This document shows positions 1 to 12,832 of a DNA stretch of 64,000 nucleotides, in pieces; the stretch's first letter is position 1, and each line of letters begins with the position of its first letter. Below the pieces are notes generated by a model, which did not search any database, was not told the DNA's origin, and saw nothing but the letters and a program-made list of their open reading frames with translations. The stretch lies in NCBI GenBank assembly GCA_024679065.1, contig JAGIQG010000024.1:31682001-31746000 (forward strand), given 5' to 3'. Source of the stretch: Sphyrna mokarran. Lineage: Eukaryota. The translations under genes and the position numbers were made by a program.

Positions 1-99
1 GTGTTCACCACTGTGCCCCCATGCCATCCAAATGTTACAATGCAAGTGACTAGCAAAACGAAATTAGGCAAGATTATTTCATGTGTAAGTTTTCCAGTA

Positions 100-413
100 T
101 TCTTGAATCCCTACAATGCACGAGGAGGCCATTTGGCCCATCAAGCCTGCATCAACAACAATCCCACGCAGACTGTCTCCCTGTAATTCCACTTACTTAC
201 CCTACTACTGTCCCTGACATTAAGGGGCAATTTAGCATGGCCAATCGACCTAACCCACACATCTTTAGAGTGCGGAAGGAAACTTAATCAACTGAACGTG
301 ACCCACACAGACACGGGGAGAATGTGCAAACTCCACACAATGATCAGAGACTGAACCTGAACTTGGCTTCCATCTGCTACGAAGTAGCCGTGCTAACTGG
401 CCACAGTGCCACC
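100..413 (-). mobile_element. V-SINE (HE1-like), CR1-type tail
   Basis: Reverse complement has a tRNA-like head, V-domain (tttgcacattctccccgtgtctg) and tail ...gggccaaatggcctcctcgtgcattgtagggattc. Confidence 0.85.
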
Positions 414-957
414 CTCTACACTTAATAATCACTTGACATTTTAGTCTACGTTCCTTTAACACGACTACAACTTAGACAGACACTTAATACTGGTGAAATC
501 GACATACTGAACAGGAACAAAAGGTTAAATAATTGCATGGTGTGGATATCAAAGTAATCAGGTGAGTGGCAAAAAATCGTGCACTCTCTTAAAGTCAGAT
601 AAAATCAGCCTATTAAAATATAAATTCATTCCAATTAGACTATTTTTACCCTTGGAGATTAGATGAAGAATTATGGTGCCAAGGAAGAAAGTGCAAAAAA
701 CTGATTGATAAGAAAAAAAAAATCACAAAGATTAAATGCAGTTTCTTTTTCTTCGGATGCATAGCAAACATGTTGCTGGATCCATCAAGATGTCTTATTA
801 ATTATCAAGAGGGGAAATGGGTCATCAAACATAGGGTCAAGCGCCTTAAGCTTGGCTAGTAGAATTGAGATTGAAATAATCAGAGAACAATTTGCAATTC
901 TGATATACTACACATCATTACAGACAACACATGGTTCCTTATCCTTTTGTGTTTCAG

Positions 958-991
958 AAGAATAGCAGAATACAACTTTGAACATGAGAAG
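958..991 (+). other. Candidate 34-nt exon (RIAEYNFEHEK), unassigned
   Basis: Pyrimidine tract ttatccttttgtgtttcag, donor AAG|gtaatt, one open frame; protein not recognised. Confidence 0.25.
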
Positions 992-1693
992 GTAATTGAA
1001 GTATTGAGTGTTTAAGGGGAATGCATCATTAATCAGACTAATTCTTCCAGAATGCTGCATGAGTGTTTCCATTTTCATTGCCTTCAAAGGGAAGCTTCTT
1101 AGATTTGAACATTGGCTGCTCATACTTGTACTTACATTTCAAAAAAGAATACAAAGAGTTCCTCTGTACCCCAAGGAACCAACAGTAATGGCGTTCATGT
1201 TCCTTTTCAATACATCAATAATGAAGATTGATTGATTTTCTCACAATATTCAGTTTAACCTTGTCCATAACATGCAAGCTCAAAATCAAATTTAACTCTC
1301 TGAAGACAAGAATGATAAATAAATTAAGGAACCTTACAGTGGAGGAAAGAAGATAGTAATTTAGAAGTACAATGGAGTTCCTACCACTGGTTATTTCAGG
1401 GTCTGCTGTGAAGGAACAATGCTGTTTATGAAGCGCACAGCTGCCCCACAGGTGTTCATGAGCTTTTGAACAATTAGTACTTGCTGGAAATTTATTTCAG
1501 CGTGGCTCCTACTACATATTGACCATGGTGTGTGAATGCAAACTAAGGGATAGCAAACCTCTCCAATCAATGAAACTGAAGAAACCTAACTGAGATATGA
1601 AGAGTCGAAGCCAGGAAGGATGAATTAGAATATTTAATGTAAATTAATCTTCAGAAAGAAAATAATAAATAAAGGGGGAAAGGGAGATGTATG

Positions 1694-1720
1694 AAGAGAG
1701 ACAGAGAGAGGGAAAGAGAA
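1694..1720. repeat. Degenerate (GA)n tract
   Basis: aagagagacagagagagggaaagagaa. Confidence 0.6.
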
Positions 1721-2239
1721 AGTGAAAACCAATTTTCCAAAGATCTCCAACCAAGGATTACATTTTGGAAGGGCAAGAGCCAGATTTTCAGAGTGTCAGG
1801 AAGATTCTGTGATCTTCAAAAGTGCAAGGCAGCATTCAAATGCAGTAGCCCTTGTTCCTTATCCATCAACAGAGAAGGGGCAGGCCATTACTCACATGGT
1901 TGGCAAACCTAAACTCAGCAGGTCATCGGAACTTAGTGCTCCATTCAAACAGAGCACACTTTGGCTGTCGTAAGGGCTGGAATCCGCAGAGTGGAAGTTT
2001 CAAATTAAGATTGTAGACATAAATGCTCTTGAAGAGTGGATAAGATCTGTTTGAGTGTCATTATCTGAAGCACTCATGCAGCTTTTTGGCAGAGTAATTA
2101 CCATCGATATTACACCTCACTTGTACATTCAATGCTTTAATTATCTGCTCATGTCGAAAGTTGTCCTCTGCTATGGAGTATGCAGGTTATGACGGGGCAT
2201 GAAGTAATTGGGGGCATGGAGTGGCAAATAAGAACACAC

Positions 2240-3745
2240 AAGGCTACATTAATTAGGAGCAGAAATAGGCCATTCGGCAATTCAATCCACCTCTGCATTC
2301 AATAAGATCGTGGGCTGATCTAATTGAGGCACTAATTCCATTTTCCTCTCTGCCCCTCTCATTCTTGGCTCTCTTATTTATCAAAATTTAACTCTGCCTT
2401 GAATAAATTCAATGACCCAGCCTCCACATCTCTCCAGAGAAGAAAATTCCACAAACTAACAACTCCCTCAGAGTAACAATTATACTCATGTCTGAAATGT
2501 GAGACCCCTAACATTTAAACAGCATCGCCTATTTCTAGACCACACAAAGTGTTCACCCTGTCAAGTCCCCACAGGACCTTATACGTTTCAACAAGATCAC
2601 TTCTGGCTCTTATGAACTCCAGTGGGTAAAGGCCCAATCCTTCCTTCTAAGGTAACCCTTTCATCTCAGGAATTAGTCAAAAGGATCTTCTCTGGACTGC
2701 TTCTAATGTGATCAAATCATTTATTGAGCAGAGACTAAAACTGTACATGGTAATCCAGCTGTGATCTCATTAACCCTCCGTATAGTTTTGGAAACACATC
2801 CCTACATTTATACTCGCTTCCCCTTGCAATAAATAGCAACGTCCAATTTGTCTTCCTCATCACTTGCCGTATACGTATATTAATTTTTTGTGGTTCATCT
2901 ATCAAGGCACCCAGATCCCTGAGTACCATAGAGTTCTGCAATCTCTCAACATTTAAATAAGATGCTGATTTTCTGTTTTTCCTGGTCCAGTTCATATTTT
3001 CTCAAATTATGTGCCATCAGCCAAATTTTTTGCCCAATAACTTAACCTAAATTCTTCACTGACTCTTGATATCCTCTTGACAATTCACTTTCCAACCTAC
3101 ATTGTGTCATCATCGAACTTCATACATTCAGTCCCTTCACCCAGGCCTCTGATACAGATTGTAAATAATGGGAAGCCACTGCATTAATCATCATAAGCAG
3201 TTTCACAACACCAGGTTAAAATCCAACAGGTTTATTTGGAATCACAAGTTTTCAGAGCACTGCTCCTCACCTGAGGAAGCCCATGATTCCAAATACACCT
3301 GTTGGACTTTAGCCTGGTGTTGTGAGACTTCCTACTGTGCCTCCTCCAGTCCAATGTCAGCATCACCACATTATCAATTACCAAGGTATTCTAGTAACAG
3401 ACTGCCAATTTTAAAATGACCCATTTATCCCTATTCTCTGATTCTTGTTAGTTTATTGATCCTCTACCCATGCTTATATATTACTCCTTATACCATGAGT
3501 TTTTTTATTCTATGACATAACCTTTGATGTGGCACCTCATCAAATTCCTTTTGGGAATCCATCTGTCCACCTCCACAGCTTCCATATTATCCATCTTGGT
3601 AGTTACTTCTTCAAAGAACTGTAATAAATTAGCCAAACAACATTTACATTTTGCAAAACCATGTTGACTCTGTTGGATACATTATGAATTTCTAAATGTC
3701 TTGATATTGCCTCCTTAAAAATGGATTCAAGTGTTTTCTCAATAA
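2240..3745 (-). mobile_element. Decayed CR1 LINE 3' portion (RT C-terminus and tail), interrupted by a Penelope-derived insert
   Basis: ORF 2735..2995 (RDLGALID...FIARGSEYKCRDV..LYGGLMRSQLDYHVQF) parallels the intact CR1 RT at 31446..33461; RT remnant caaaaccatgttgactc near 3655. Confidence 0.85.
3193..3372. mobile_element. Penelope-derived fold-back insert, family A
   Basis: Inverted arms cacaacaccaggttaaaatccaacaggtttatttgg / ccaaatacacctgttggactttagcctggtgttgtg, plus ~40-nt tail ccagtccaatgtcagcatc. Confidence 0.8.
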
Positions 3746-4037
3746 AAGGGTAATTTCTAAGGAAGGCATGCATAAGCAATTTAAAATTAGGATTACTCTA
3801 TTTTTTCTTCATGTAATCTAATTTAATTTGTGAACAAAATGTGCTTCAAATCATCCACTTTCTGAATAATTCATAATTTACAACAGGATTAAAAACTGAG
3901 CCTGTGTGGATTCACCATCTGGGTGTGAGGTGAAAGAAGCCACATGTTGAGATTCAGTGGAAGTTGGGTACGTTGGAATATAGATGTTCTCCATTTCTAT
4001 ATAAAGTTATAAATCAAAAAGTCAATAATAGTCATTA

Positions 4038-4330
4038 TGGCATAGTAGTTAGCACTGCTGCCTCACAGCGCCAGTGACCACAGTTCAATTCTCAGCTTGG
4101 GTCACTGTCTATGTGGACTTTGCACATTCTCAGTGTGTCTGCATGGGTTTCTCTGGGTGCTGCAGTTTCCTTCCAAAGTCTGAAAGACATGCTGGTTAAG
4201 TGCATTGGCCTTGATAAATTCTCCCTCAGTGTACCCAAATAGGCACCTGATTATGGCAAGTAGGGAATTCTCACAGTAACTTCATTGCAATGTTCATGTA
4301 AGATCACTTTTGACAATAATAAATAATCTT
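4038..4330 (+). mobile_element. V-SINE with MER6-type tail
   Basis: Head tagttagcactgctgcctcacagcgcc; tail cagtaacttcattgcaatgtt...tgacaataataaataa. Confidence 0.85.
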
Positions 4331-5962
4331 TAAAAAGTCTATCTTTGACTATCACGAATGAAAATTTGATTTATTGCTGTGCAATTATCAGGTTATGCTT
4401 CCCACGGACTAACTGCATCAGTATGGAGAGTTACAAAGCGTTCATGTAGCTTACAATTTCCTGGTGACTTGCATTATTGCAATGCCTCATCTTTGTCATA
4501 AGGATTATTTTACAACACTTAAGTCGCTGGAAACTTTGATGCAAGTCACTATTACACATGCTATACCATTGTTTTCATTCTTCTATCATTACCCCCAACA
4601 AAACAGTGAACAAATATTTATTCCTGAGCATCCATAAAAATCATTTGCAATCACAAATCACCTGTGTTAATGGTACCTTTAGAAGCAGTATCACTGGCAG
4701 ACCTTTGATGGCCTAACTGAGGTATGATTTAGGGTTGAATATCAGTTTGAAATACAGGCAAAACTGATTTTAGTCTAGCTCTGAGTAAAAAAAACTTTTT
4801 CTTAAATGGAAAAGAGTAGCTATTGGAACATTGACATGGTTATAGTGTACGTGCAGTAAAATCAGTCCTTGTAACATTTATCCTTTCAAATACAACATTT
4901 ATCTGGCTTGCTTCAGGACAAGACTAAATCCAGTTATTTAAAAGACCAGTAACTTGCATTGATTATTTCTTCAATAACCTAACTCCGGATGAAAGATCTG
5001 TGTGGTCTGTTTGAAGTATCTCCCAATAAAACATACACAATTGCAATTCAGAACATGTAATTCAACACCCCCTCAGCCTTACTACCTAACTGCAGGTAAC
5101 CATAAGCTTCAGGCGTGCTTACACTTCTGAAGGGTTAGGGAGTAGGACTTTAGCTTTCTGTAGATCCCACATAAATGGGACCATCTTTGGTAAAGAAAGT
5201 TTAGTGTCCAAAAGGCAATATTCCCTGGTTAAATTCATGTGTTGCACTGTTCTTTATTTTTGTCTCACTCAGTACATTACTGAATGACTTGACTTTTAAA
5301 TAAGGATTTAATACTTTTCCATTAGGGTCATACATTTTAAAGAACATGCAAAACATCTTTTTGTGTTTAAAACTGCAACTAAATTTTTAATGTAATCACT
5401 GCCCCATAAAACTATGCCTGCTTTAAACTCAAAGCACCTTACTTTAGACAAGCTTGTGCTTGATCACCAAAGGATTTTTGTTTAATTTTCTATGAAATGT
5501 TATCAATGTTTATTTATAAATTGGGTCTTGTCTAACATGGAGAGGTTTCACTTGCATTTAAATTGATTTTATTACAGCGTTTTCTAACAAAATTATGACC
5601 CCCATCTTGAGATTAGAATCAAACAATACATCACTAAATGGTACTCTCTTTTTTAATTATGAGAAGACTGCACCAATTAAATGTATTTGTTGTAAAACGT
5701 GCATTGCATATTTTTGAAAAAGTTTAACTGCGTATTTCATCTACTTATCAAAAATAAATGTTTAATTTCTTGGCTCTACAGAAAGATAGCTTTGAGATTG
5801 CTGAACTGTGATTTTTTGAATGGAATAAACATGAACTTTAATTTGCCGATAATAATTGTGAAGTTCATTCACCAATATTGCTGAGGCTGTTGAAAGTTGG
5901 CACTTCTGCTTCATCACTATGCTCATGACAGCATATTTTCATGATTTGATCTGGAAATTTAT

Positions 5963-6127
5963 GGTAAGAAGTCTAACAGCACCAGGTTAAAGTCCAACAG
6001 TGTCTCACCTGATGAAGGAGCAGCGCTCCAAAAGCTTGCGATTCCAAATAAACCTGTTGGATTTCAACCTGGCATTATAAGATTTTTACTATGCCCATCC
6101 CAGTCAAACACCAACAACTTCACCTCA
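5963..6127 (+). mobile_element. Penelope-derived insert family A with degenerate hammerhead
   Basis: ctcac-CTGATGA-a-GGAGCagcGCTCC-aaaagct (G of GAAA mutated), flanked by inverted arms. Confidence 0.8.
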
Positions 6128-6354
6128 GGAAATTTGTGGAATAAGGTTAGCAACAGCAAAATTGGTGTGCAAAACGTTGTATTTGCAAACTATGATGTCA
6201 ATATATTGCAGAAGATTCTGGGCTAATTATCTTCACTGCTTCAATTAATTATTTTATTCTGCTTTTGACAATGTTTCCTTGTCAGCATTCTTCATTGCAC
6301 ACCACATGTTTGAAAGGTGACACGTGTGCAAACTGATTGAAGACTCTGATAATG

Positions 6355-6635
6355 TGACTGTGGGATTAGTACTGCTACCTCACAACTTGGTCACTGTCTG
6401 CATGGAGCCTACACATTCTCTCCATGTTTGCGGTGGTTTCCTCCCATTGTCCAAAGATGTGGGGATTAGATGAACTAGCTATGCTAAATTACACCTTCAT
6501 ACCCCAGACTGCTTAGGTTAGAGGGATTAGCGAGGTAAATATGTGGGGTTATGGGGTTATAGTCTAAGTAGGATTATTGTCAGTACAGAATCGATGGGCC
6601 AACTAGCCTCCTTCTGTTCTGTGGGGTTCTATAAT
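6355..6635 (+). mobile_element. V-SINE (HE1-like), CR1-type tail
   Basis: ttagtactgctacctcaca...gatgggccaactagcctccttctgttctgtggggttcta. Confidence 0.8.
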
Positions 6636-6723
6636 TCGACGATTATTCAGAAATAATGTGTTGTCAGAAACTGGAGAATTTTAAATCAGAGTCATACTGA
6701 ATATTAAATCTTGCCCAAATGCT

Positions 6724-6858
6724 GGCTGAAATTCTCTAACCTCATCTGAGCTGAGATTCTCCAGTTCCGCTGCTGTGAATGGAGATTTGACTGAGTGCCA
6801 AATTGTCCATTCTCGCTTGCAGTAGCAGTGGGGCATAAGAGAGCAGAGAATTCCAGCC
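6724..6858. mobile_element. MITE-like TIR element
   Basis: TIRs ggctgaaattctct / agagaattccagcc; internal gagatttgactgagtgccaaatt motif shared with other copies. Confidence 0.65.
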
Positions 6859-7204
6859 ATTCTGTTCCTCTCTTCGCATTTTGAATTGATTTTTGTTTGC
6901 TTTAGCTAACTGTATTTCCTGGTATTAAATTGGATAGCCGAAGGCTTATCAGCATGACATGTAACACTCCACCTGAAAGGAATACCTGTTAACGTTGAGT
7001 TAAAACCACGCGTAGACATTATGGCCTCGTTCGAGTGAAATTGGAAATTCCTGCCACTTCTTGCCCTCCCTGATTCCATAGTGACAATGCGGTAGAATTC
7101 CAATGCATTTATGTTTCAGAGGTCAGCCCATTCCACGTAAAAAGGATGAATGAAATTCAGACATACTTGCTAACTGTTACTCCCAATGGAAACTGATTTA
7201 AAGA

Positions 7205-7435
7205 TAGAACAAAGAACAGTACAGCACAGGTATTGGCCTTTCTGTGCCAACACAGATACCTCTTTAATCTAATATTTTCATGCCTCTACATGGTCAATAT
7301 CACTCTATTCCCTGACTATTCATATATTGATGCAGATGTGTCTCAAATGTTGTCATAAAATCTGCCTTCACCACCTCCTCGAGCAGCACGTTCCAGGCAT
7401 TCACCTTCCACGTGAAAAACATCCCTTTTAAATTT
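7205..7435 (-). mobile_element. CR1 3' tail fragment
   Basis: agaacaaagaacagtacagcacagg...ccttcaccacctcctcgagcagcacgttccaggcattcacc. Confidence 0.7.
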
Positions 7436-7497
7436 AACATCACCAAAAATGGTTGAGAATAGGGTTCATGACAGCTCTAGGCGCTGCCCTTCCCTCC

Positions 7498-7700
7498 TGT
7501 GGCTCAGTAAGTCGCAAACTCAGCTGTGTATGTGAAGGTTATGAGTTCAAATACGGCTGAAGAGACTTTGAAGACAGAATCTAGTCTGATGGTTCAATGC
7601 AGTGCTGAGAGAGTGTTGAATTATCAATGGGATCATCTTTCAGATCACACATTAAGCAAGGCCCTGTTTGCAGTCTCAGTTTGATATGAAACGTCCCTTA
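7498..7700 (+). mobile_element. Old Deu-domain SINE (SacSINE1-like)
   Basis: gtggctcagt head; tgcagtgctgagagagtgttg...atctttcagat...attaagcaaggccctgtttgc resembles the Deu domain. Confidence 0.6.
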
Positions 7701-7799
7701 CATTAGCCATTCCTCATTTTTTGCAGACTGAGAGAGAGGAAGGGAGAGTTGCAGATGAAAGGAATGGAAAGGAAAAAACATGAAATGTAAAGAGTTTAG

Positions 7800-8432
7800 A
7801 AATGTGAGAGGGGATCTCATAGAAACTTATAAAATTCTAACAGGGTAGATTCAGAAAGATGTTCCCAATGGTGGGGGAGTCCATATTAAACCCTTTAATG
7901 CCTCTGATAAATCAGAAGCTAAACATGTTAATAGACTTTTAGGTCAATATCATTTGCAGAGACAAGTTTCTTTTACACTTGGGTCAGATTAGTTAAGACT
8001 ACATTTAGGTAAGATTGGCATCTTAGTTATAAGTGTTGTGTATTTTACAAAATGAGCTCACGTGTCCAGTTAAACCATTTGCAGGAACTACGTATTGAAT
8101 TGGTCTTTGTTTTCTTTCCTCTTGTCACAGAAATATAATGTGGATATGGAAAATGGAATACTGCAAGGGTCATAGTTTGAGGATAAGGAGTAAACCTTTT
8201 CGAACAGAAGTGAAGAGTAATTTCTTCACCGAAAGGCTTATGAATGTGTGGAATTCACTATCACAGAAGGTAGTTGAGGCCAAAACATTCTGTGATTTCA
8301 GGAAGAAATTAGACATATCTCTTAGGAAATAAAGGAATCAGGGTATTGAATTTGGTGATAAACCACAATCATAATAAATAGCGGAGCAGGCTGGAAGAGC
8401 TGAATGACCACTGCTGCCTCCAGTTTCTTTGT
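7800..8432 (+). mobile_element. CR1 3' fragment split by an inverted local duplication
   Basis: aggggatctcatagaaacttataaaattct (GDLIETYKI) before 7886; ggtcatagtttgaggataagg (GHSLRIR...NFFTER..NVWNSL) resumes after 8165. Confidence 0.85.
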
Positions 8433-9249
8433 TTATAACTGAGAAACAAAGAACAAAGAAAAGTACAGCATAGGAACTAGCCTTTTGGCCTTCCGAGCCA
8501 ATCTTGATGTCCGAACTAAACTAAAACCTGCCCTTACATGGTCTGTATCATTCTATTTCCTCCCTATTCATGTACCCACCCATGCCTTTTAAATGTTAAT
8601 AATGTGCTTGCTTCCATCACCTCCTCTGAAAGCATGTTCCAGGCACCCACCACTCACAGCGTGAAAAACCTACCCTATACATCTCCTTTAAACTTTCCCT
8701 CTCTTACCTTGAACCTGTGCCCCTTTGTAGTTGATACTTACATCATAGGAAAAAGCATTTGATTATTCCCCTTGTCTATGCCTCCCATAATTTTACAGAC
8801 CTCTATCAGGTCTCCCCACTGCCTCTGTCTTCCTGGTGAAAACAATCCTAGTTTATTCAACCACTCATCACAATCAACACCCTTGACACCAGGCAATATC
8901 CTGGTGAAGCCTCTTTTCACTCTCTCCAAAACTTCCACATCCTTCAGATAGTGTGGTCACCAGAACTGTATGCAATATTCCATTTTCCATATCCACATTA
9001 TATTTCTGTGACAAGAGGAAAGAAAACAAAGACCAATTCAATACGTAGTTCTTGCAAATGGTTTAACTGGACACGTGAGCTCATTTTGTATGCTACACAA
9101 CACTTATAACCAAGATGCCAATCTTACCTAAATGTAATCTTAACTAATCTGACCCAAGTGTAAAAGAAACTTGTCTCTGCAAATGATATTGACCTAAAAG
9201 TCTATTAACATGTTTAGCTTCTGATTTATCAGAGGCATTAAAGGGTTTA
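7887..9249. repeat. Inverted duplication: 7887-8165 is the reverse complement of 8971-9249 (279-bp arms)
   Basis: By-eye alignment shows about 7 mismatches and no net indel. Confidence 0.95.
8443..8982 (-). mobile_element. 5'-truncated CR1 LINE
   Basis: ORF 8738..8938 LERVKRGFTRILPG...LGLFS...GDLIEVCKIMGGID; tail aacaaagaacaaagaa. Confidence 0.85.
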
Positions 9250-10012
9250 TTTTCAAAGTGAAAGCGGGAGCTTATTATCTTAATCTTTTTGAAGATTTTG
9301 TGCCAATTATTTTCAGAACAGTATTATTGCAAAACCATAAAGTGATTAAATTTTAGTACTTTGTTTTAAAGCGTGCATGGAAAAGTCATTATTTCTGAGA
9401 TTAAAAATGAGAACTTTTCAGAAATTCTAAATGCTGTTAATTATTTAGCAAATGCAAAATCCTAAAGCCAAACAGTTTGTTCTGATCCTGTTGGGTTGAG
9501 TGCAGATTGGCCTCTATTGAGTCTAAGGATTGGATACTTTTCCATGATGTGATGCAGTTTGATGTAGTTTTCTCTCTCCCAAAGTGGCTGGCATGAATGC
9601 CCCATCTGCGGAAGATGGGAAAGCAGGAGCCATGACCAGTCCTGAACCTGCTGAGGCTGGATGGTTGAAATCAGGCAGCTGTTGTGCTGGGTTTGATTTG
9701 GTTGTCACATCCAATGATTTCCACAGATTCGTCCACTCTCTTTGGCTCTCTGCCCTGGCAAACATTGCTCTTGCACGTATCCACTACTGACAACAAAGCA
9801 TAAAATTAGAGAAAATGTCTGAAACGTCTCCCACCTGCCACTTAATGCTGATCTATTCAATCCACCCAGTGCTTGCCTCTCAACAAAATGGCTGATTTGG
9901 AAACGCTATTAATTGACAGCTAGAGACATTTACATTAAATTCTTACTGTAGAATCCTTTGAGTGAGATGATCACAACAGGTAAATAAAGAAAGTTGATGA
10001 TATCTTTTTGGA

Positions 10013-10345
10013 TTCATTTCGAAGACATGGGAGTCACTGGTTGGGCCAGCATTTGTTGCCCATTCTTAGTTGTCTGAGGGCAGTTAAGAATCAACCACAT
10101 TGCTGTGGCTCTGAAGTCATACATTGACCTGACTAGGTAAGGACAGCAGATTCCCTTCCACAAAGGACAATGGTGAACCAGATGGGTTTTTCCGACAATC
10201 GATAATGGTTCCATGGTCATGAGTAGATTCTTAATTCCAGATTTTTTTTTTCCTTGAATTAAAATTCCACCATCAGTGGGATTCGAACCCAGATCCTCAG
10301 AACAAGCGCTGAGAATAATTCAGCGATAATAGCAATGGGCTATTG
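10013..10345 (-). mobile_element. tRNA-headed SINE family B
   Basis: B box (gggattcgaaccc on +), aatctggaattaagaatctact core, tail gggcaacaaatgctggcccaaccagtgactcccatgtc. Confidence 0.8.
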
Positions 10346-10609
10346 TTTCCCTCTGTTTATGGCATTATGGCTGCTATACAGTCAAGGAAAATCTGGCGTG
10401 ATCTGATCCTGTAAGCACGAAGGGTGGAGAAAGAAATGTTTCCTGACCAAGTTCAAGAAATGATAACAAAAAAGAGATGGGCTGAAATGATTTTTGACTG
10501 TGGTCATACGAATGCTTACTTAGCCTTACAGGTCCAAGGACACATCTTCCGGGAGACTTAAGTTATGTCTACTATATCAATGTCACAAGAAAATGGTCTA
10601 AATAGAAGA

Positions 10610-10718
10610 TTAACATTGGCTGTATTCTCTCTCCACAGATGCTGTCAGATCTGCTGAGATTTCCCTGCATTTTCTATTTTTGTTTCAGATTCCAGCATCA
10701 GCAGTATTTTGCTTTTAT
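10610..10718 (-). mobile_element. Penelope-derived terminal fragment, family B
   Basis: ctctccacagatgctgtcagatctgctgagatttcc...gattccagcatcagcagtattttgc; homologous to 14250-14340, 45244-45400 and 63296-63440. Confidence 0.7.
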
Positions 10719-10760
10719 CAAATGGTTGATGTCAAAGTTAGGGGATGGACTCAGAGTTTG

Positions 10761-11058
10761 TGGGTGGCACAATGGTTAGCACTGCTACTTCACAGTGTAA
10801 AGGATGCAGGTTCAATTCCAACCTTCGACGACTGTGTGGCATCTGTACGTGGTCCCGGGTATGTGTGAGTTTCCGCTGGATGCTCTGATTTCTGCGCACA
10901 GTCGAAAGATGTGCGGGTTAGATGGACTCACCATGTTAGTGGGATTAGTAGGGTAAATATGTAGGATTCTGGGATTGGATCTGGATAGGATGCTCTGTTG
11001 GAGAGTTGATGAAGGCTCAATAGACCAAATGCCTGCTTCTGCACTGTAGGGATTCGAT
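10761..11058 (+). mobile_element. V-SINE (HE1-like), CR1-type tail
   Basis: ggtggcacaatggttagcactgc; B box ggttcaattcc; tail ctgcactgtagggattc. Confidence 0.85.
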
Positions 11059-11986
11059 GAATTTGATGGCTGTGTTTCCCAACTATCCAAAATTAACCAG
11101 TAAAATTATGGGTATTGCAACACCAGAGACCGTTACATGGCAAGACTTGACAGAATGCGAGCTTATAGTCTCTCCTCACATACCTGCAGTTTCAGCATTG
11201 TGGTTGACAATCCAACTGAAGATGGAGAGAACTGCTGGAAAATGGACGCACTGGAAATGTGAGCTCATCCAAAATTTTGCCAGCAGTGTCCTGTTTTGCA
11301 CAATGTCTCGTCAAGCAGTAACCTTATTTGACTCGTTGTGAAAGAAATTTATAAAGATGTCAAACCAGCCAGATCCACAACTGACCCTGTACAACAACAA
11401 AACAGACATGCTCCTTATTCAGTCTAAAATTCACCTCAGTCCCAAACACTGGAAACATTAGGTGGAATTCTCCCATTTTGCACTTGATCGCATAGCAGGG
11501 TGGAGACCGGGTATGATTCCTGTTGCAGACGATGGAAGGAAAACACACCATATCTTCCATCCTAGGCATAATTAATTATCCATTCAAGGGTTTTTCTCAT
11601 GTGGGGAGGGATTGATGACACATGCCAATCAACATATTTCGATGCCATATTCAAAAGGCATCTTATATCACTGACCCACTGTTCAAGAAAGAAGATAGAA
11701 TTCTCGAAGATACACATCCAGAAAGACTTTGAGCCTGGAAAATGACACTGAACCTTTAGATCCACATAATAGATGCTTTTCCCACCTACTGCTGTGAAGT
11801 TCCAGGCTCTCGGATCACAGGCGCCCTCCATCATGAACCTTAGCAGCACCCCTGGTCTTTCTCAGGTACATTCTGTCTTTCTGTTGTCTGAGATGTGTTC
11901 TGGGCCAACGTGTTTTCCCTCTGGCAAGTGGAGGATTGGCTCTCTGAAAGGTTCCAGTCGGGTCTTCAGCTGCATCCCATCAGTTC

Positions 11987-12290
11987 CATAGAATCCCCAC
12001 AGTGCAGAAGGAGGCCATTCAGCCCATTGAGTCCACATCAACCACAATCCCATCGAAGCCCTATTCCTGTAACCCCACATATCTACCCTCCTGATCCCCC
12101 TGACAACTTAGCATGGCCAATCAACCTAACCCACACATCTTTGTACTGTGGGGAAAAAAAAACACAGCTCTTGAAGGAATCCCACACAGACACGAGGAAA
12201 ATGTGCAAACTTCACACAGACAGTGACCTGAGGCTGGGAATTGAACCCAGGTCCCTGGCTCTGTGAGGCAGCAATGTTAAACAGTGTGCT
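11987..12290 (-). mobile_element. V-SINE (HE1-like), CR1-type tail
   Basis: catagaatccccacagtgcagaaggaggcc...gggaattgaacccaggtccctggctctgtgaggcagc. Confidence 0.85.
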
Positions 12291-12564
12291 TCCAGCAGGA
12301 TTCTTGGTGGGCAGCATCCAGCTGTAATTTCACACTGATTCTTGGGTCTCCTCCTGAATTTGCACCTGGGGTAAACGCTGATATCTCCATATCATGAATT
12401 TGCAGCTCCCATGTCTTTTTTCAATGTCAGCATGCACAGAAACACCTATCAGGGTCTGGAACTAACTCTAGATTTATCCAGCCAGTTTAGAAAGAGGGCA
12501 GCTTTCAGCTTTGCAGTGATAAACGTCAGCAAAAAGATACCCTTAAAACAGTCTCAACTCACTT

Positions 12565-12832
12565 TTTAGTTTATTTATTAAGTTCATAAGTGGGCTTACA
12601 TTAACACTGCAATGAAGTTACTGTGAAAGTCCCCCAACAACTCCAGCACCTGTTGGGAACACCGAAGGAAATTTAGCATGACCAATGTAACTAACCAGGG
12701 CACCCAGAAGAAAGCTTGCACACAGCCACATGGGGAGAATGGGCAGACTCCACACAGACAGTGACCCAAGACGGGGATCCAACCCGGGTCTTTGGTGCTG
12801 TGAGGCAGCAGTGCTAACCACTGTACCGCCCT
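12565..12832 (-). mobile_element. V-SINE with MER6-type tail
   Basis: tttattta...ggcttacattaacactgcaatgaagttactgtgaaa...gtgaggcagcagtgctaaccactgtaccgcc. Confidence 0.85.

Noticed and set aside
9523-9790. Overlapping ORFs and a minus-strand acceptor (tttgttgtcag)
   Set aside because: No recognisable protein, weak donor, and stops in alternative frames
11184-11290. Exon-like segment readable on either strand (FSIVVDNPTEDGENCWKMDALE on +)
   Set aside because: Splice signals are ambiguous between strands and no homology is recognised
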